From the IMG/VR virus record IMGVR_UViG_3300044580_000365, positions 1-53,691 of that record: a DNA stretch of 53,691 nucleotides; one strand, 5' to 3'. Source of the stretch: a virus. Lineage: Duplodnaviria; Caudoviricetes. Below, in pieces: positions 35,756 to 46,378 of this stretch. Numbering within the stretch: the stretch's first letter is position 1; each line of letters starts with the position of its first letter. The translations under genes and the position numbers were made by a program. Below the pieces are notes generated by a model. That model made no database searches and was not told where the DNA came from. It saw nothing but the letters and a program-made list of their open reading frames with translations.

Positions 35756-37261
35756 TTAATTGAAATTGCCTTTTTCTATCCAGCTTCCAGATTCCCTTTT
35801 TTGAACACTTAAATTTCCCGAAATGTCTATTTTTAATCTCCACGATCCATTTGTATTTGGATCTCCAAGAGCAAAATATGTTGCTTCCATTACAACAGCG
35901 GTTTCACTTAATGCAGCCCCAGATCCGGATCCATATATTTTAAGAGCTGCTGATCCGTCAATTTTCATAGAATAGCTTTGTTCCCCTGCAGTACTTGAAC
36001 AAGGAAGATCTACGAAAGTCATTGTCCCGCCATTTTCTTGCATTTCAATATATGAAAGCTGCAAATTATCAGAAGGATCTTTTAGATAAACAGTTGTAGT
36101 GTCTGTGCTAACATCCCATAAGGATTCTCCTCCCCATGAAGTAGAAGGATCCCCATAATATACTTGACCAGAGGCAGGGTCATAATAAAGAATCTTAGTT
36201 TTTTCAGATTCGGAAATTCCAGTAAAATATAAACTAGATTCTGCTTTAAAAGCAACAACAGAATCTATCATTTTATTTTGAACCCCGCCTGCTCCTGTAG
36301 CTTCTCCATAAATTGTTAGCATTGGGTTCCCATCAAGATTAAATGTATAAGATTCTTCAGTTCCGGATGCAGGTGTTGAAGAAACAGGCATATCCATTAT
36401 AGAAACAGACCCGGCATCTTCTTCTATCTGAATAGAATTTAACTGAACATCATAATCTGAATTTACCGGTTGAATTAAACTAGAATCTACATACCATTCT
36501 TTTTCTTGAAATTCCCATTTACCAGAAACCCCCATTGTAAGAACATCGTATAGGGAAGGATCTCCAACTATGGAAACATCTGAAAGATTTTTTAATCCTA
36601 GACTAGCATTAAATACTCCATTATTCCAATAAATTGTATTCCCTGTCGAAGATGATCTAATAAAATTAGCTTTGATAAAATCAATAGAAGCATCTTGAGA
36701 AATCTCCCAGGATCTTAATCCTGTAATAGAAGCATCTTGAGAAATACCCCAATTTCTTAGAAAAGTAATAGAAGCATCCTGAGATAAATTCCATCCACTC
36801 AAATAAGCAATAGAAGCATCCTGAGAAGCATCTTTAGCCCTAAGAATATTTATAGAAGCATCTTGGGAAATTTGCCAATTATAAAGTTGAGTTAAACTAG
36901 CATCACTAGCTGTCCCGCCCCCAACGCTTACTTCAATATATCCATTTTCCCAATAAAAATCTGTTCCTAGAGATGTATTAAGAATGAAAATAGAATACGC
37001 ATCAATAGTATTGTTGATTGATGCATCAATTCTCTGAATAGAAGCATCTTGAGATAAATTCCATGAATGATAATACCCTAAGGAAGTATTTAAAGGATTT
37101 AATTGCGAATCCACATAATCGTGAATTGCTTTTGCAGTAACTAAAAGGGAAGAGGCATCCTGAGTAATTTCAGTTGAAGCATTCCTAACTGCTATAACGG
37201 GCTGTGAATTGGTCGATCCTTCGATAAGAAGACCATTCTTGACTTTAAATTCGTGAGCCAT
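35756..37261 (-). CDS. Tail fibre protein with W.xSQDASI coiled-coil repeats
   Basis: N-terminal EFKVKNGL, 14-aa repeats and an internally duplicated C-terminal domain. Confidence 0.7.
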   Translation of the reverse strand: MAHEFKVKNGLLIEGSTNSQPVIAVRNASTEITQDASSLLVTAKAIHDYVDSQLNPLNTSLGYYHSWNLSQDASIQRIDASINNTIDAYSIFILNTSLGTDFYWENGYIEVSVGGGTASDASLTQLYNWQISQDASINILRAKDASQDASIAYLSGWNLSQDASITFLRNWGISQDASITGLRSWEISQDASIDFIKANFIRSSSTGNTIYWNNGVFNASLGLKNLSDVSIVGDPSLYDVLTMGVSGKWEFQEKEWYVDSSLIQPVNSDYDVQLNSIQIEEDAGSVSIMDMPVSSTPASGTEESYTFNLDGNPMLTIYGEATGAGGVQNKMIDSVVAFKAESSLYFTGISESEKTKILYYDPASGQVYYGDPSTSWGGESLWDVSTDTTTVYLKDPSDNLQLSYIEMQENGGTMTFVDLPCSSTAGEQSYSMKIDGSAALKIYGSGSGAALSETAVVMEATYFALGDPNTNGSWRLKIDISGNLSVQKRESGSWIEKGNFN

Positions 37262-37336
37262 TTTTTTAATTATTTTCTTTCACTATCCAGAAATAACTCT
37301 TAATAGCTTATATCTTAATATTTATTCTTTCCTATA

Positions 37337-37954
37337 TTATAATACATTTCTTGTTCCTGGGGACCCTGAAACTGTCCCATTAATACTTCCAATCGTGTCT
37401 ACCCATGCAGCATCTGTATTTCCATAAGGGTAACCTATCCATTTATGAGAACCTACTATTTCAAGATTCCATATTGAAGAATGATCTCCACCTCTAATTC
37501 TACTAAAAGCTTGTGGCCCAAATTGTAAAGAACTTCCTAAATTAGTTCCTTCTATTCCATTAAATTTAACAGAACTAATTGTGCCGGTGCCTTTTATAAT
37601 TTCTAAAGAAAATGGAACTCCTAATACACCTTCTGCAGCTAAATCATATTGTCTTCTATTGGCAGAGTAATTAACTTCTACCATTAACGTTACACCAAAC
37701 TCTCCAGTTCCATAATCTATTCGTAAATAATCATTTCCAGAAGCAGGGCTCCATGCAAGAGAAAAATCACTAGCAATATCTTGAAGATACATTCGGGCTT
37801 TTATAGTTTTACTTCCTGTAATATCTGGTAAAGAACTAAACGTGATATTATCTGTTGATGAATTAAGAAAATCAATTTTATCAGGCGAAGATATTTTTCC
37901 TACATATTTACCACCTGAGGTGACTCTTTTTCCATTATAAATTACGTACGACAT
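37337..37954 (-). CDS. Virion accessory protein (lectin/LamG-like) with an MSYVIYNGKRV leader
   Basis: N-terminal 18 aa nearly identical to those of 37971..38432. Confidence 0.6.
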   Translation of the reverse strand: MSYVIYNGKRVTSGGKYVGKISSPDKIDFLNSSTDNITFSSLPDITGSKTIKARMYLQDIASDFSLAWSPASGNDYLRIDYGTGEFGVTLMVEVNYSANRRQYDLAAEGVLGVPFSLEIIKGTGTISSVKFNGIEGTNLGSSLQFGPQAFSRIRGGDHSSIWNLEIVGSHKWIGYPYGNTDAAWVDTIGSINGTVSGSPGTRNVL

Positions 37955-37970
37955 ATTTTTATCTTTATTT

Positions 37971-38432
37971 TTATAGTTTATAAATTAAAAGCTGACATGA
38001 ACAATTACATGCATTACCATTAGTTTTGTTATAATTTTGGAATCTCAAGCAAAAATTCATAGTTGGCCAAGAAGTAATTTCAAAACCAGCATTTATAGCT
38101 ATATCTGGATTAAACGTAGCTGTTCCCACTAATCCAAATGATTGATTTATAAGATGTATTTCAGCAGTATTTGTTGGATAAACGCCAGAATTAAGAGTTA
38201 GGTTTCCTGTAATTCTTATAATATCCCCAACTTCAAACGGAAGATATTCTGTATTTGCTTCCCCTTTAGTTCCTTGAGCTTCAATAGCACTGATTATATT
38301 TTGTCCTGACGATATAAATGTGTCCCATGTTGAATTTGTCCATCCAGCAAACAATGGTATTATCGGGGTAACACTCTTAACGTATTTGTTTCCAGATACT
38401 ACTCGCTTTCCATTATAAATTACGTATGACAT
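37971..38432 (-). CDS. Virion accessory protein with an MSYVIYNGKRV leader
   Basis: Shared leader; beta-sandwich-like body. Confidence 0.6.
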   Translation of the reverse strand: MSYVIYNGKRVVSGNKYVKSVTPIIPLFAGWTNSTWDTFISSGQNIISAIEAQGTKGEANTEYLPFEVGDIIRITGNLTLNSGVYPTNTAEIHLINQSFGLVGTATFNPDIAINAGFEITSWPTMNFCLRFQNYNKTNGNACNCSCQLLIYKL

Positions 38433-38462
38433 ATTAATTTCTTATTTTTATATTTATCCCCT

Positions 38463-40193
38463 TTAATTAATGTAAATTGAGATATTATAAGCTGTACTAT
38501 TATCAAAAATATTTTTTATAGTTAAATAATCTGTATTTAAAGATCCATTTGTTGGCGAAGAATTTGTTCCTCCGGATAAATTTAGTGTCATATCACGAAC
38601 AGGCAAACTTGCATCCCAAAAAGTTCTAAATTTATGAAGAATATCATCTACCGAGGACTGACTTAAGGAGCAATTACTTGCATCAAAACGAATAAATTGA
38701 TGATTTAATGTGCTTGGAAGAATTAATTCATCTAATGTCTGATTATTCCATATCAAAAAGAAATCAGAAATACCGCTTAAATTAGAAACATCTAATGTTC
38801 CATTTAAACTACAATCATATAATGAAAATGTATAAATTCTTGAAGAAATATTAGGAAACCTAACGCTTTGTAATTTTGGGTTGCTATACATCCACATATT
38901 ACCCCTAAGTCCTGTCATAGAGGAAACATCTAAAGAAGTAATACCAGCGTTATATAATCCTAATTCAGTAATTGTTTGAGAAGTAGCAGGAAATTTTATT
39001 TCAGTTAATAATGGATTTCTTGAAAACTGTAATTGCCCCCCAAGACCAGTTAGCATTGTTAAATCTAATTGATATAAACAGCAATCATTTGTTACATAAG
39101 CTGAAAAAGGTCTAGAGGTAGTAGGATTTATTATATAGTTTAATTTTTTATTTCCATAGCATGAAAACATTCCTCCAAATCCAGATAAACAAGACATATC
39201 ATGGGTTCCTATTAAATCTGAATTATAAATTCGGTAATCTGAAAAATTTTGGGAAGAAGGCCCATGATAAATTTTATTTAAACTTGGACAATCTGTTGCA
39301 TAAAAAACTCCTCCTAATTTTGAGAAACTGGAAACATCTAAAGCCTGCATTTTATTTCCATGGACATAATAACCAGTAATTATTTCGCCAGAAGAAGGAT
39401 TCCTAAATTCAGTAACTTTTCCTGTACAACTTAAATAAAGATTACCTCCTAATTTTTTAAACGGGGTTAAATCTAATATTCCTTCTATTCCAGACCCCTG
39501 TAAATAAAGATGAGTAACTGCTGTGCTACTTTCTGGAAATCTTATTTGGGTCATTTTAGAATTATTATAAAGAGATATATTTCCTCCAAGTCCCGTTAAT
39601 CCCGAAATATCCATGGTTCCTGTAAAATTTGTTACTGCAACATTAAATGCAGTAATAGTTTTGGGGGATCTTGGGAAACTAGCAGAACTTAAAGGATAAT
39701 TATTTAGAAGGTTTAAACTGGATAATCCCGTTAAAGGGCTTAAATCTAAAGTTCCTAAACTACAATTGGGCGCTTGAATAAAAAAAGCTATACTTGTTTC
39801 GGGAAAATTAATAGAAGTAAGTTTCTGGTTATAATCTAAATAAACTGATTGTAAAATAGAGAAATTTGATAAATTAAGACTGGGTTTTACTTTATCATAA
39901 GCTAAATTAATCGTATTAATGGAATTTGCACCCGAAGTAGTTCCTTGATACACCCTTACAGTTTTATCTAGCAAATTTCCATAATCATGTTCTAAACCAT
40001 TGGCAATTACGTTAGAAGAAGCATCCCCCAAATTCCATGTTAATATCCCGCTATTTGGATAAAGGGTTGGACTAATATAAGAGGCATCCGTTATAAATTG
40101 TAATATAGGGGTTTCTGGAATTAATGGTTCATTACCTACAACATAGGCTCCATTAGCCATCAGCATTTTATCTCCTATTGTAAAATAAGGCAT
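38463..40193 (-). CDS. Leucine-rich repeat protein
   Basis: About 8 paired LRR units (LDLSPLTGL, MDISGLTGL, LDLTPFKKL, LDVSSFSKL, LDLTMLTGL, LDVSSMTGL, LDVSNLSGI). Confidence 0.85.
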   Translation of the reverse strand: MPYFTIGDKMLMANGAYVVGNEPLIPETPILQFITDASYISPTLYPNSGILTWNLGDASSNVIANGLEHDYGNLLDKTVRVYQGTTSGANSINTINLAYDKVKPSLNLSNFSILQSVYLDYNQKLTSINFPETSIAFFIQAPNCSLGTLDLSPLTGLSSLNLLNNYPLSSASFPRSPKTITAFNVAVTNFTGTMDISGLTGLGGNISLYNNSKMTQIRFPESSTAVTHLYLQGSGIEGILDLTPFKKLGGNLYLSCTGKVTEFRNPSSGEIITGYYVHGNKMQALDVSSFSKLGGVFYATDCPSLNKIYHGPSSQNFSDYRIYNSDLIGTHDMSCLSGFGGMFSCYGNKKLNYIINPTTSRPFSAYVTNDCCLYQLDLTMLTGLGGQLQFSRNPLLTEIKFPATSQTITELGLYNAGITSLDVSSMTGLRGNMWMYSNPKLQSVRFPNISSRIYTFSLYDCSLNGTLDVSNLSGISDFFLIWNNQTLDELILPSTLNHQFIRFDASNCSLSQSSVDDILHKFRTFWDASLPVRDMTLNLSGGTNSSPTNGSLNTDYLTIKNIFDNSTAYNISIYIN

Positions 40194-40224
40194 AATTATT
40201 CTTTTTATATCTTATTTATCCGAC

Positions 40225-40257
40225 AAAAAAATGGGTTGGAAAAACCAACCCATTTTT
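40225..40257 (-). terminator. Intrinsic terminator
   Basis: Perfect 13-bp stem AAAAATGGGTTGG-5nt-CCAACCCATTTTT with a U-tract. Confidence 0.8.
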
Positions 40258-40274
40258 AATATTCATATTCATTT

Positions 40275-42608
40275 TTATCCAGTGATAATGAATCTGCAAG
40301 AAGCATCGGTAAGTGATCCTGGAGCCCAAGTAAGGTCAATATCACCGCTTCCGTTAATAGCTACATCTACATAAACCTCAAGTCCATTTTCATAAACTGA
40401 AAGAGTATATGGCCCTGGAGCAGGTAATTGGTGAGTTGTTTGAGGTATTGAGAATGAAGAACCTGCAGTACCATCAAAAGTTCCAATATATTTAGCTACT
40501 AATGATGTTGCTCCGGTAACAGAGATTGTGATTGTTGAAGCATCTGATGTAATAGATGCACCGGAACCAGCAACGATCCGTTTAATGTAAGCTACGTTAT
40601 TAGCTTCCCCAGAATAAACCTCGATACCAGATACTCCAGTTGTTGAAGCAACGGCTGAGATTTTATCAGTTGAAACATCATTTAGCCAAGTTTCTAATAG
40701 AGCAATAGAAGAATCCTGGATTCCCTGCCATGTTCTGAGATCCTGAACAGAAGCATCAAGAGTTGTAAAATGATTTAAAACTGAAGCTGCTGTAAATCCT
40801 GTACTTGTATCAAATCTATTAAGAGTATCATTCCAGAAAGCAATACCTCCAGCTAGAGGGCTATCCTCTCTGGTTGCTACCGCCTGTGTTGAAGAATCCT
40901 GATACTGTCCTCCTGAAAGAGTTGCAATACCAATTCTAAAGGTCTGTTGAGATTCGTCATATACGAATACGTATGGATTCTCTGTTCCTCTTCCTACTAC
41001 AATACCGGACTGTAGAGTTAATGGAGGAGCTCCTGTTAAACCAGTATTAAGATGGATATATGCAGAAGATACATCAATTGATTCTACGTCAACTACATAT
41101 AGAGATCCGTTAATAGTTAAACTTCCTTTAATAGCTGCATCGCCGTCAACGTATAGATTTCCACTAGATATAATAGATACGTCTCCAGCAACTTGAAGTC
41201 CACCTGCATTTATTACAAGAGGCCCAGTCATTGTATCCCCAGCTTTGAGAACATAAAGTCCTAAGCTAGTTTCAAGATTGGTTCTTAGATCTTCAATAGA
41301 AGCATCCTGATTAACATTCCAGTTAGCCAAGAAGTTTAATGAAGTATCAATGTTGGTATCTTTTGTCCTTAAAGCTATAATAGAAGCATCCTGGGAAAGA
41401 TCCCATCCAACTAAGAAACCAATGGAAGCTTCATGTCTCTGTGTTAAAAGATCAAGAGCTGCAATAGATGTATCCTGGTTTGTATTAGCTGTTCTTAGAG
41501 CTATGATTGAACCGTCCTGCGAGAGATCCCAAGTTCTAAGAGCTTGAATAGAAGCATCCTGAGAAAGTTCCCAAGCAAATAATTTGTCTATTGAACTATC
41601 TCTTTCAGCTAAAGAACCATCTACGTAAGCTAATGTAGCATAAAGTCCTAAAGAAGCATTAAGAATTGTAAAGATGTCAATAACATCATTTAATGAAGCA
41701 TCGATTCTTACTATAGAAGCATCTTTTGCAAGATCCCAAGCAAATAAGAATTCAATTGAACTATCTCTTGTTGCTAATGAACCATCTACATAAGGTTTCC
41801 ATCCGCCACCGATAGCAGCAATGGAAGCATCCTGAATAGCTTCATAAGACCAAAGAGCATTTAATGAAGTATCAATATTAGCATCTTTTGCCCTTAAAGC
41901 TATGATGGAAGCATCTTTAGAAAGGTCCCATGCCCATAATGCGGAAACGTCAGATTTAATCTGTGTATCAACATTTTGTAAAGCTACAATAGAAGCGTCC
42001 TGTGTAACATCAGTAGCTCTTAAAGCTATGATAGAAGCATCCTGAGCAGCATCCCTTCCCTGAATAGCTGCAATAGAAGCATCCTGAGAAATTTGCCATG
42101 AAGTTAATGAACCAATTGAAGCATCATGAACAGCTAATTCAGCTGTATGAGCTTGAGTTAAAATATCGAGTGCGCCAACGGAAGTTTCAAGATCAAAAAT
42201 TCTTGTAGAAACTTCAGCAATGTTGATCGCTGCGATCTGATTTTGCAAAGTAACTATGGAAGCGTCCTGTGAAAGCTCCCAAGCTCTTAATGCGGAAATA
42301 GAAGCATCCTGGGCTTTTTGCCAGTTACTTTGAACAAGTGATACATCAGCAATAAGTCCGTCTACCTGAGTTTTGCCATAGTAATTGGTCGAAGTTTCGA
42401 ATGCCATTGTTCCAAGCTGCTTGCTTTGAATTTGTACATCCGCACCAATCGAATCAACAACTAAAGCATAAGGAGTTCCGATTGAAGAAGCTGCAGGACT
42501 TGATATGTGAGTTACACCTTGTAAATAAACCGATGAATCAAATGTTACATTTCGTAGAAATGCTGCACTGGAATCAACGATAAAGTTAGGTTGTACATAT
42601 TTCGCCAT
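40275..42608 (-). CDS. Long tail fibre / coiled-coil appendage protein with xQDASI repeats
   Basis: Many 14-aa W[ED]LSQDASIxxL repeats and the fibre motif YVLKAGDTMTG. Confidence 0.75.
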   Translation of the reverse strand: MAKYVQPNFIVDSSAAFLRNVTFDSSVYLQGVTHISSPAASSIGTPYALVVDSIGADVQIQSKQLGTMAFETSTNYYGKTQVDGLIADVSLVQSNWQKAQDASISALRAWELSQDASIVTLQNQIAAINIAEVSTRIFDLETSVGALDILTQAHTAELAVHDASIGSLTSWQISQDASIAAIQGRDAAQDASIIALRATDVTQDASIVALQNVDTQIKSDVSALWAWDLSKDASIIALRAKDANIDTSLNALWSYEAIQDASIAAIGGGWKPYVDGSLATRDSSIEFLFAWDLAKDASIVRIDASLNDVIDIFTILNASLGLYATLAYVDGSLAERDSSIDKLFAWELSQDASIQALRTWDLSQDGSIIALRTANTNQDTSIAALDLLTQRHEASIGFLVGWDLSQDASIIALRTKDTNIDTSLNFLANWNVNQDASIEDLRTNLETSLGLYVLKAGDTMTGPLVINAGGLQVAGDVSIISSGNLYVDGDAAIKGSLTINGSLYVVDVESIDVSSAYIHLNTGLTGAPPLTLQSGIVVGRGTENPYVFVYDESQQTFRIGIATLSGGQYQDSSTQAVATREDSPLAGGIAFWNDTLNRFDTSTGFTAASVLNHFTTLDASVQDLRTWQGIQDSSIALLETWLNDVSTDKISAVASTTGVSGIEVYSGEANNVAYIKRIVAGSGASITSDASTITISVTGATSLVAKYIGTFDGTAGSSFSIPQTTHQLPAPGPYTLSVYENGLEVYVDVAINGSGDIDLTWAPGSLTDASCRFIITG

Positions 42609-42673
42609 AGTTTGATGAAATTATTTTATTTTACTTTATTTATCTCAAAAAATTAATCAAATTTTTAGTCTTT

Positions 42674-43402
42674 TTACTCAGGAAAACCAACAATAACTAA
42701 ATTATAATTAGCTCCAGAGGGAGGAGGAGAACTAAATGAAACATAATTAGTACTTGCACCCCTTATAATATCAGGATAAATTACTTCATTTGTATTTTGA
42801 TCCCAAACAGTTATCGATTGATGAAGAGTACTTAAATCGTGAACTATTGGAAAGAATGAAGTTATATCATTTCCAATAATATTTCCATTATATCCTAAGA
42901 GAACCTGTGATCCCGGAACTGCATATACGCTCCCATCTTGAGCATAAAGAGCTCCGTTAAGTGTATCAATTTTAATTGATTGTATACTAATAGAGCCTGC
43001 TGTTATTCCAGCATAAGTAGAGCCATCAAAAGTAAGTATTTCAAGATTTCCAGAAACATCTTTTAATATAACTCCATTATTTCCATTATTTAGTTGGAAT
43101 GTAGCCCAGGATGTTCCACTAGGATCAGAAGGAACTGCTCCATTAACTTTTACCCAATAATTATAATCTGTATATTGAGTTTCGTCTGTTAAGAAATATA
43201 GACCGTTATTTTCAACTGAAGGATCAGAAACAACAGATACAACAATACCTTTATATAGCCACACATTGCTAGCTACATCTTGCCAAATGGCAGGAGTAAT
43301 AAGATTTTGCTTAGTACCTACAACTAATCTTGCATCGAGAGGAGCCTTATTAAGGACCTCGAAATTCGCTGCAAAATTAAATGTTCCTTTATTTCTTGAC
43401 AT
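42674..43402 (-). CDS. Virion structural protein (PLDAR N-terminal domain)
   Basis: MSRNKGTFNF.ANFE.L.KAPLDAR shared with 43417..44817. Confidence 0.65.
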   Translation of the reverse strand: MSRNKGTFNFAANFEVLNKAPLDARLVVGTKQNLITPAIWQDVASNVWLYKGIVVSVVSDPSVENNGLYFLTDETQYTDYNYWVKVNGAVPSDPSGTSWATFQLNNGNNGVILKDVSGNLEILTFDGSTYAGITAGSISIQSIKIDTLNGALYAQDGSVYAVPGSQVLLGYNGNIIGNDITSFFPIVHDLSTLHQSITVWDQNTNEVIYPDIIRGASTNYVSFSSPPPSGANYNLVIVGFPE

Positions 43403-43416
43403 TCATATTCTTTATT

Positions 43417-44817
43417 TTAGAATACTAATCGAATTTGTACGCTACTTCGATCGGTTCCGTTATATGTATATTGTGTGTAATTTATTGTATTTCCTTGGAC
43501 AGATTCTGTTACAGAAGATGTAGTCCATAATGTTAAGGATGTTGCAGCTGAACCACCTGGATATTCCCATTGGCCTGAAACTGTATTATATTGTTGAACC
43601 CCTACTAAAGGCCTGTTTGTTGGTGCACCTGTCCATGCAGTAGGAATTTCAAATTTTTGTTTGTTTCCACCGCTTTCAGCAACTAATGTCATCGTAATAT
43701 TATTCCCTGTTAACATCGAAACTAATGTTTGCTGCGTTAGCGTAGTGATATTTGAAGTTGTAGCAAATAGTGGATAAACACCTTCAAACGAAGTACTATA
43801 GGGCCCAACACTTCCAGCTGTTAAAGGAGTTCCATAAGGATTTCCTTTATTATCATAAGGCTGAGGACCAGCATCATAATAAATTGTGCTTGTAAATGAT
43901 TGACTTCCTATTTTAACAAGATAATTATTAACCGTTTGTATATTAGATAATGAGGTTGAAGAAGCATCAATTAATAAAGTATTTGCTGAAGCATCTGTAA
44001 AATCATATTGATTAGGTAAACCCGAACGATAATCCTGGAAAATTCCGCTAACTAAAATTTGTCCTCTGTTAAATGAAGCCGTAAATTGAGGATTTATCAT
44101 TGCCCCAATTTCTTGTAGATTAGCAACATTATCTGTAAAAGATCCGGATGGAGCAACATAAGTTGGATTTACAGTCGGGAATAATAAATCATTAAGAATA
44201 GATCTTAAAGAATCCCCTTGTAAATCATAAACTTTTGTTCCTGCAGGAATACCTCCAACAGCAGCAGGCATTGCTAAACTTGGATCTAATGCAGGATCAT
44301 AAAATACATGGCTTGTGCTTACATCCCCTGTAAATGATCCCCCGGCAATACTGACATCTAATAATCCGGATGCATCCCAATAAAAACTTGAGCCTAAAGA
44401 AGATTCTTTAACAAAAGGTGCGGAATCTAAATAATCCCATATTTGAGTAATAGATCCGTCAACGTATGTCCAAAGTTGATTTATTGAAGCATCTAATCTT
44501 GCAATGGAACCATCAATATAAGCCATTAAAGCACTTACATCTATAACTGTTCCCCCACCTAATTTTGACCAGCTAAGAGCATTTGTATAGTTATCAGCAT
44601 CCTTTAGAAAATAAGCTCCATTTAATGAAGGATCTGCATCATTACCTACTCCAACGATAAGGCCATTGTATAACCATACAAGCTCATCGGCATCTTTCCA
44701 AGTTGAGGGATCGGTAAGATCTGCAAAAGTACCAACTACTTGGCGAGCATCTAATGGCGCTTTAAGTAGGGGTTCAAAGTTTGCAGAAAAATTAAAAGTT
44801 CCCTTATTACGTGACAT
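43417..44817 (-). CDS. Virion structural protein (PLDAR domain plus VGGIPAGT domain)
   Basis: N-terminus shared with 42674; C-terminal ~300 aa paralogous to 44839..46329. Confidence 0.65.
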   Translation of the reverse strand: MSRNKGTFNFSANFEPLLKAPLDARQVVGTFADLTDPSTWKDADELVWLYNGLIVGVGNDADPSLNGAYFLKDADNYTNALSWSKLGGGTVIDVSALMAYIDGSIARLDASINQLWTYVDGSITQIWDYLDSAPFVKESSLGSSFYWDASGLLDVSIAGGSFTGDVSTSHVFYDPALDPSLAMPAAVGGIPAGTKVYDLQGDSLRSILNDLLFPTVNPTYVAPSGSFTDNVANLQEIGAMINPQFTASFNRGQILVSGIFQDYRSGLPNQYDFTDASANTLLIDASSTSLSNIQTVNNYLVKIGSQSFTSTIYYDAGPQPYDNKGNPYGTPLTAGSVGPYSTSFEGVYPLFATTSNITTLTQQTLVSMLTGNNITMTLVAESGGNKQKFEIPTAWTGAPTNRPLVGVQQYNTVSGQWEYPGGSAATSLTLWTTSSVTESVQGNTINYTQYTYNGTDRSSVQIRLVF

Positions 44818-44838
44818 TATCTTAAATTATTTTATTTC

Positions 44839-46329
44839 TTAAAAAACTAATCTTATTTGTATTGAACTTCTATCTGTGCTATTGTAAGTATACCTTGTAT
44901 AATTTATAGTATTTCCTTGAATCGTTTCTGTTACAGAAGAAGTTGTCCATCTTAATAAAGATTGAGCTGCATTTCCTCCTTCATATTCCCAATTCATAGT
45001 AAAGCTATTATAAGTTTGAACCCCAACTAATGGTCTTGATAAAAGCCATGCATTAGGAATTTCAAATTTTTGTTTTGACCCTCCCGATTCTGGAACCATG
45101 ATAAATGCAATATTATTTCCAGAAATCATCGAAACTAAAGATTGTTTAGTTAAAGTATTAATATCTACAGTCGTTCCAAATAAAGGATAAACTCCCTCCA
45201 AAGAAACTGTTTTTGCAGAAGTAGTTCCAGCTGATAAAGGAGAATTATAAGGATTCCCTTTACTATCATAAGGTTGAACCCCGGCATCATAAGAAACTGT
45301 ATTTGTCCATGATTGAGATCCGGCAAGAACAATATATCCTGTTAAAGTACTTGCATCTGTTAAAGATGTAGAACTTACTGAACCAGCAATACCTGTTCCT
45401 GTATAAGTATACGTATTAGGTAAACCAGACCTATAAGGAGAAGTTGCAGTATATTGAGGAGAAATAGATCCTCGGCTAAACGAAGCAGTAAAAATTATAT
45501 TTATGTTTGCTCCAATTTCTTGTAAACTTCCTGCATTACTTGAAAAAGAATTATTTGGAGCAGTTAATGTAGGATAAGCTGTTGGAAATAAAAGAGCATC
45601 CCAAAGGCTACTTATTGTATCTCCATTCAAATCAGACACTGTTGTTCCTGCAGGAATACCTCCAACAGAAGAAGGCATTGTAGTACTTGGATCTAAAGAA
45701 GAATCATAAACACTTCCCCCGGCAATTGAAGCATCTAATCCTAAAGTAATTATACCATTAGATCCATCTTCAACTGTAATACCTTCAGTTCCTTTTACTC
45801 TTTTGAAATATAAATTTGTTCCTAAAGAGCTGTCTTCTCTTCCAAAATAAACCCCTGCTGTAGAACCATCATCAACATTAGAAACATTTAGATCTGTATA
45901 TGGGCCAAAATGATTTCCTCGATCCAGGAAATATTCAGGGCCTTCCCCTCTAAACCACCATGCATTAATACTTAAATCTACTGGAGGACTAGGGGGGGTT
46001 GGGGCAATTTCATCATAAATTAAATACCATCTCGAAATATCTGCAGATCCGGCACCAGCTCTAGAATATTTTACATGTAAATAAAAATTAGGCTTATCCC
46101 TAAAGGAGATAGATGATAAATTAGCTTGAGTTAAAGTGTTCCAATTTGACCACGTAGCATTATCCCAAGAATATCTGAATTCTTGTTTAGTAAAATGTCC
46201 TGTGACCCCTTCTTCTTGAAAATATCGGATTCTTTCTACATGAAGAGGCTCTAAACTATTTCTAATGCCAGGACTAAAAAATTCTACACTTTTAATATAT
46301 GGAAGCCTCTCAGTAAATTGGTATTGCAT
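44839..46329 (-). CDS. Virion structural protein (VGGIPAGT domain)
   Basis: C-terminal half highly similar to 43417..44817, ending in TDRSS[IV]QIRLVF. Confidence 0.65.
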   Translation of the reverse strand: MQYQFTERLPYIKSVEFFSPGIRNSLEPLHVERIRYFQEEGVTGHFTKQEFRYSWDNATWSNWNTLTQANLSSISFRDKPNFYLHVKYSRAGAGSADISRWYLIYDEIAPTPPSPPVDLSINAWWFRGEGPEYFLDRGNHFGPYTDLNVSNVDDGSTAGVYFGREDSSLGTNLYFKRVKGTEGITVEDGSNGIITLGLDASIAGGSVYDSSLDPSTTMPSSVGGIPAGTTVSDLNGDTISSLWDALLFPTAYPTLTAPNNSFSSNAGSLQEIGANINIIFTASFSRGSISPQYTATSPYRSGLPNTYTYTGTGIAGSVSSTSLTDASTLTGYIVLAGSQSWTNTVSYDAGVQPYDSKGNPYNSPLSAGTTSAKTVSLEGVYPLFGTTVDINTLTKQSLVSMISGNNIAFIMVPESGGSKQKFEIPNAWLLSRPLVGVQTYNSFTMNWEYEGGNAAQSLLRWTTSSVTETIQGNTINYTRYTYNSTDRSSIQIRLVF

Positions 46330-46378
46330 CCCGATAGAACATTATTTTCTTTATTTATCCTGCTTTTTTTATCAGAGA

